Below are positions 31,224 to 32,000 of a DNA stretch of 32,000 bases, one piece after another. Position 1 is the first letter of the stretch, and every line of letters starts with the position of its first letter. Below the pieces are notes generated by a model. That model was given only the letters and a program-made list of their open reading frames with translations, ran no database searches and was not told where the DNA came from. The stretch is from Candidatus Minimicrobia sp. QA0096 (GTDB lineage: Bacteria; Patescibacteriota; Saccharimonadia; Saccharimonadales; Saccharimonadaceae). Location: assembly GCF_963967315.1 (NCBI RefSeq), contig NZ_OZ017288.1:240001-272000 (forward strand). The letters are read 5' to 3'. A program made the position numbers and the translations under genes.

Positions 31224-31961
31224 TTACATTGAGTAATCTTTATATCGGCTAGTGTAGTCTAATTGAGAAGGCTTTACTGCACTACCCGTGTTGTGTGCCT
31301 TAACGGCAATTGTAATAGCGCCAGTCAATAATACGACAGAAGAAGCCACAATCAGCATCAAGGACAAAGCCTTTGACATGTTGCGTCCTTTGACAATTTG
31401 ACAAATGAAGTAAGCGCTAGTAGCAACAATTGCAAGAGCTAATGCATATGGCAAGAATTCACCCAAGTACAAACTCTTATAGAATTCGCCACCGTCACCA
31501 ACGCCGATAAATAGCAATGAGTTGATCAAAATGCTTACTAATCGAGCAACCAAGTCGACAGCTGGAATAATCAAAACCGCCAAACCGCCGTAAGTTACCA
31601 ATTTGTAAGCTGTTCGCTTTGTGTAGCCTTCACGCTCCGGAACAGCTTTTGATACGCGAGAGAATAGAACTAGTGACAATACAGCCAAAAGTACAGCAAA
31701 CACTGACGCTGCAATAATTCCCGTTCCCTGAGTTACCATTGATGGCGCGAAAAATCCGCCAACACTTCTTAATAACATTGATGTTGAATTCGTCCACAAA
31801 CCAAACACCTTGGTTATGATGTCAATCAGCAACATGACTGAAACAATCGCTGAGCCCATTGCTAAAGCGTATTCCAAAGTTAGCATCTTTGCCTTGCCCT
31901 TATTTGGGTCTTCGTATGCGTATTGTGGATATGCCTGGTAAGCATTTGGTTGCATCGGCAT
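31224..31961 (-). CDS. Polytopic integral membrane protein (5-6 TM), unknown function; true start may lie beyond the window
   Basis: 245-aa ORF with multiple hydrophobic helices. The reading frame upstream of ATG 31961 stays open to position 32000 (..KEQPQPTNVAQPE-M), so the N-terminus is uncertain. Confidence 0.7.
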   Translation of the reverse strand: MPMQPNAYQAYPQYAYEDPNKGKAKMLTLEYALAMGSAIVSVMLLIDIITKVFGLWTNSTSMLLRSVGGFFAPSMVTQGTGIIAASVFAVLLAVLSLVLFSRVSKAVPEREGYTKRTAYKLVTYGGLAVLIIPAVDLVARLVSILINSLLFIGVGDGGEFYKSLYLGEFLPYALALAIVATSAYFICQIVKGRNMSKALSLMLIVASSVVLLTGAITIAVKAHNTGSAVKPSQLDYTSRYKDYSM

Positions 31962-32000
31962 TTCTGGTTGCGCGACGTTTGTTGGCTGTGGCTGTTCTTT

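Overview
This is a gene-dense housekeeping stretch of a small, streamlined bacterial chromosome. It holds about 29 protein genes with frequent 1-17 nt overlaps. By eye I found no rRNA, tRNA, CRISPR array, transposase or integrase. Gene order: tyrS (partial, -); class A PBP (+); yacL-like PIN/TRAM <- radA <- HExxH coiled-coil protein <- clpC <- nusA (-); GNAT (-); membrane-anchored DUF1524/HNH nuclease (-) divergent from pepN (+); orphan cassette 1 (+); rnhB-yraN fusion <- membrane protein <- rplS (-); malic enzyme (+); 523-aa acidic orphan <- pilB-like ATPase (-); SpoU/TrmH methyltransferase (+); orphan cassette 2 (+); dnaE <- two small membrane proteins <- galU <- gatB <- small HEPN-like membrane protein <- gatA <- gatC <- polytopic membrane protein (-). 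The gene set and compactness fit a reduced monoderm or CPR/Saccharibacteria-like genome, but that is inference only. Product calls rest on motifs I recognised in the translations; no database search was possible. Main observations: (1) A complete type III hammerhead self-cleaving ribozyme lies at 14624-14680 (+). Every invariant core nucleotide and all three helices are present. It sits in the 3' UTR of an orphan gene and ends 2 nt from the stop codon of the convergent rnhB-yraN gene. (2) Two compositionally atypical orphan cassettes (13934-14682 and 21926-22376) share one architecture: a strong extended -10 promoter, a 5'-terminal AGCUUU hairpin, a small ORF, and a 3' RNA structure abutting a convergent essential gene. 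(3) Nearly all operon-first genes have a TATAAT-like hexamer 6-8 nt before the start codon, which predicts leaderless mRNAs. One palindromic ATTATAAT serves two divergent genes whose start codons are 20 bp apart. (4) A perfect 9-3-9 palindrome covers the -10 and TSS of the 523-aa orphan. (5) A membrane-anchored protein with an RNxxxH (HEPN-like) motif is translationally coupled inside gatCAB. I see no canonical multi-gene defence or mobile system. The hammerhead-linked orphan cassette is the best candidate for something undescribed.
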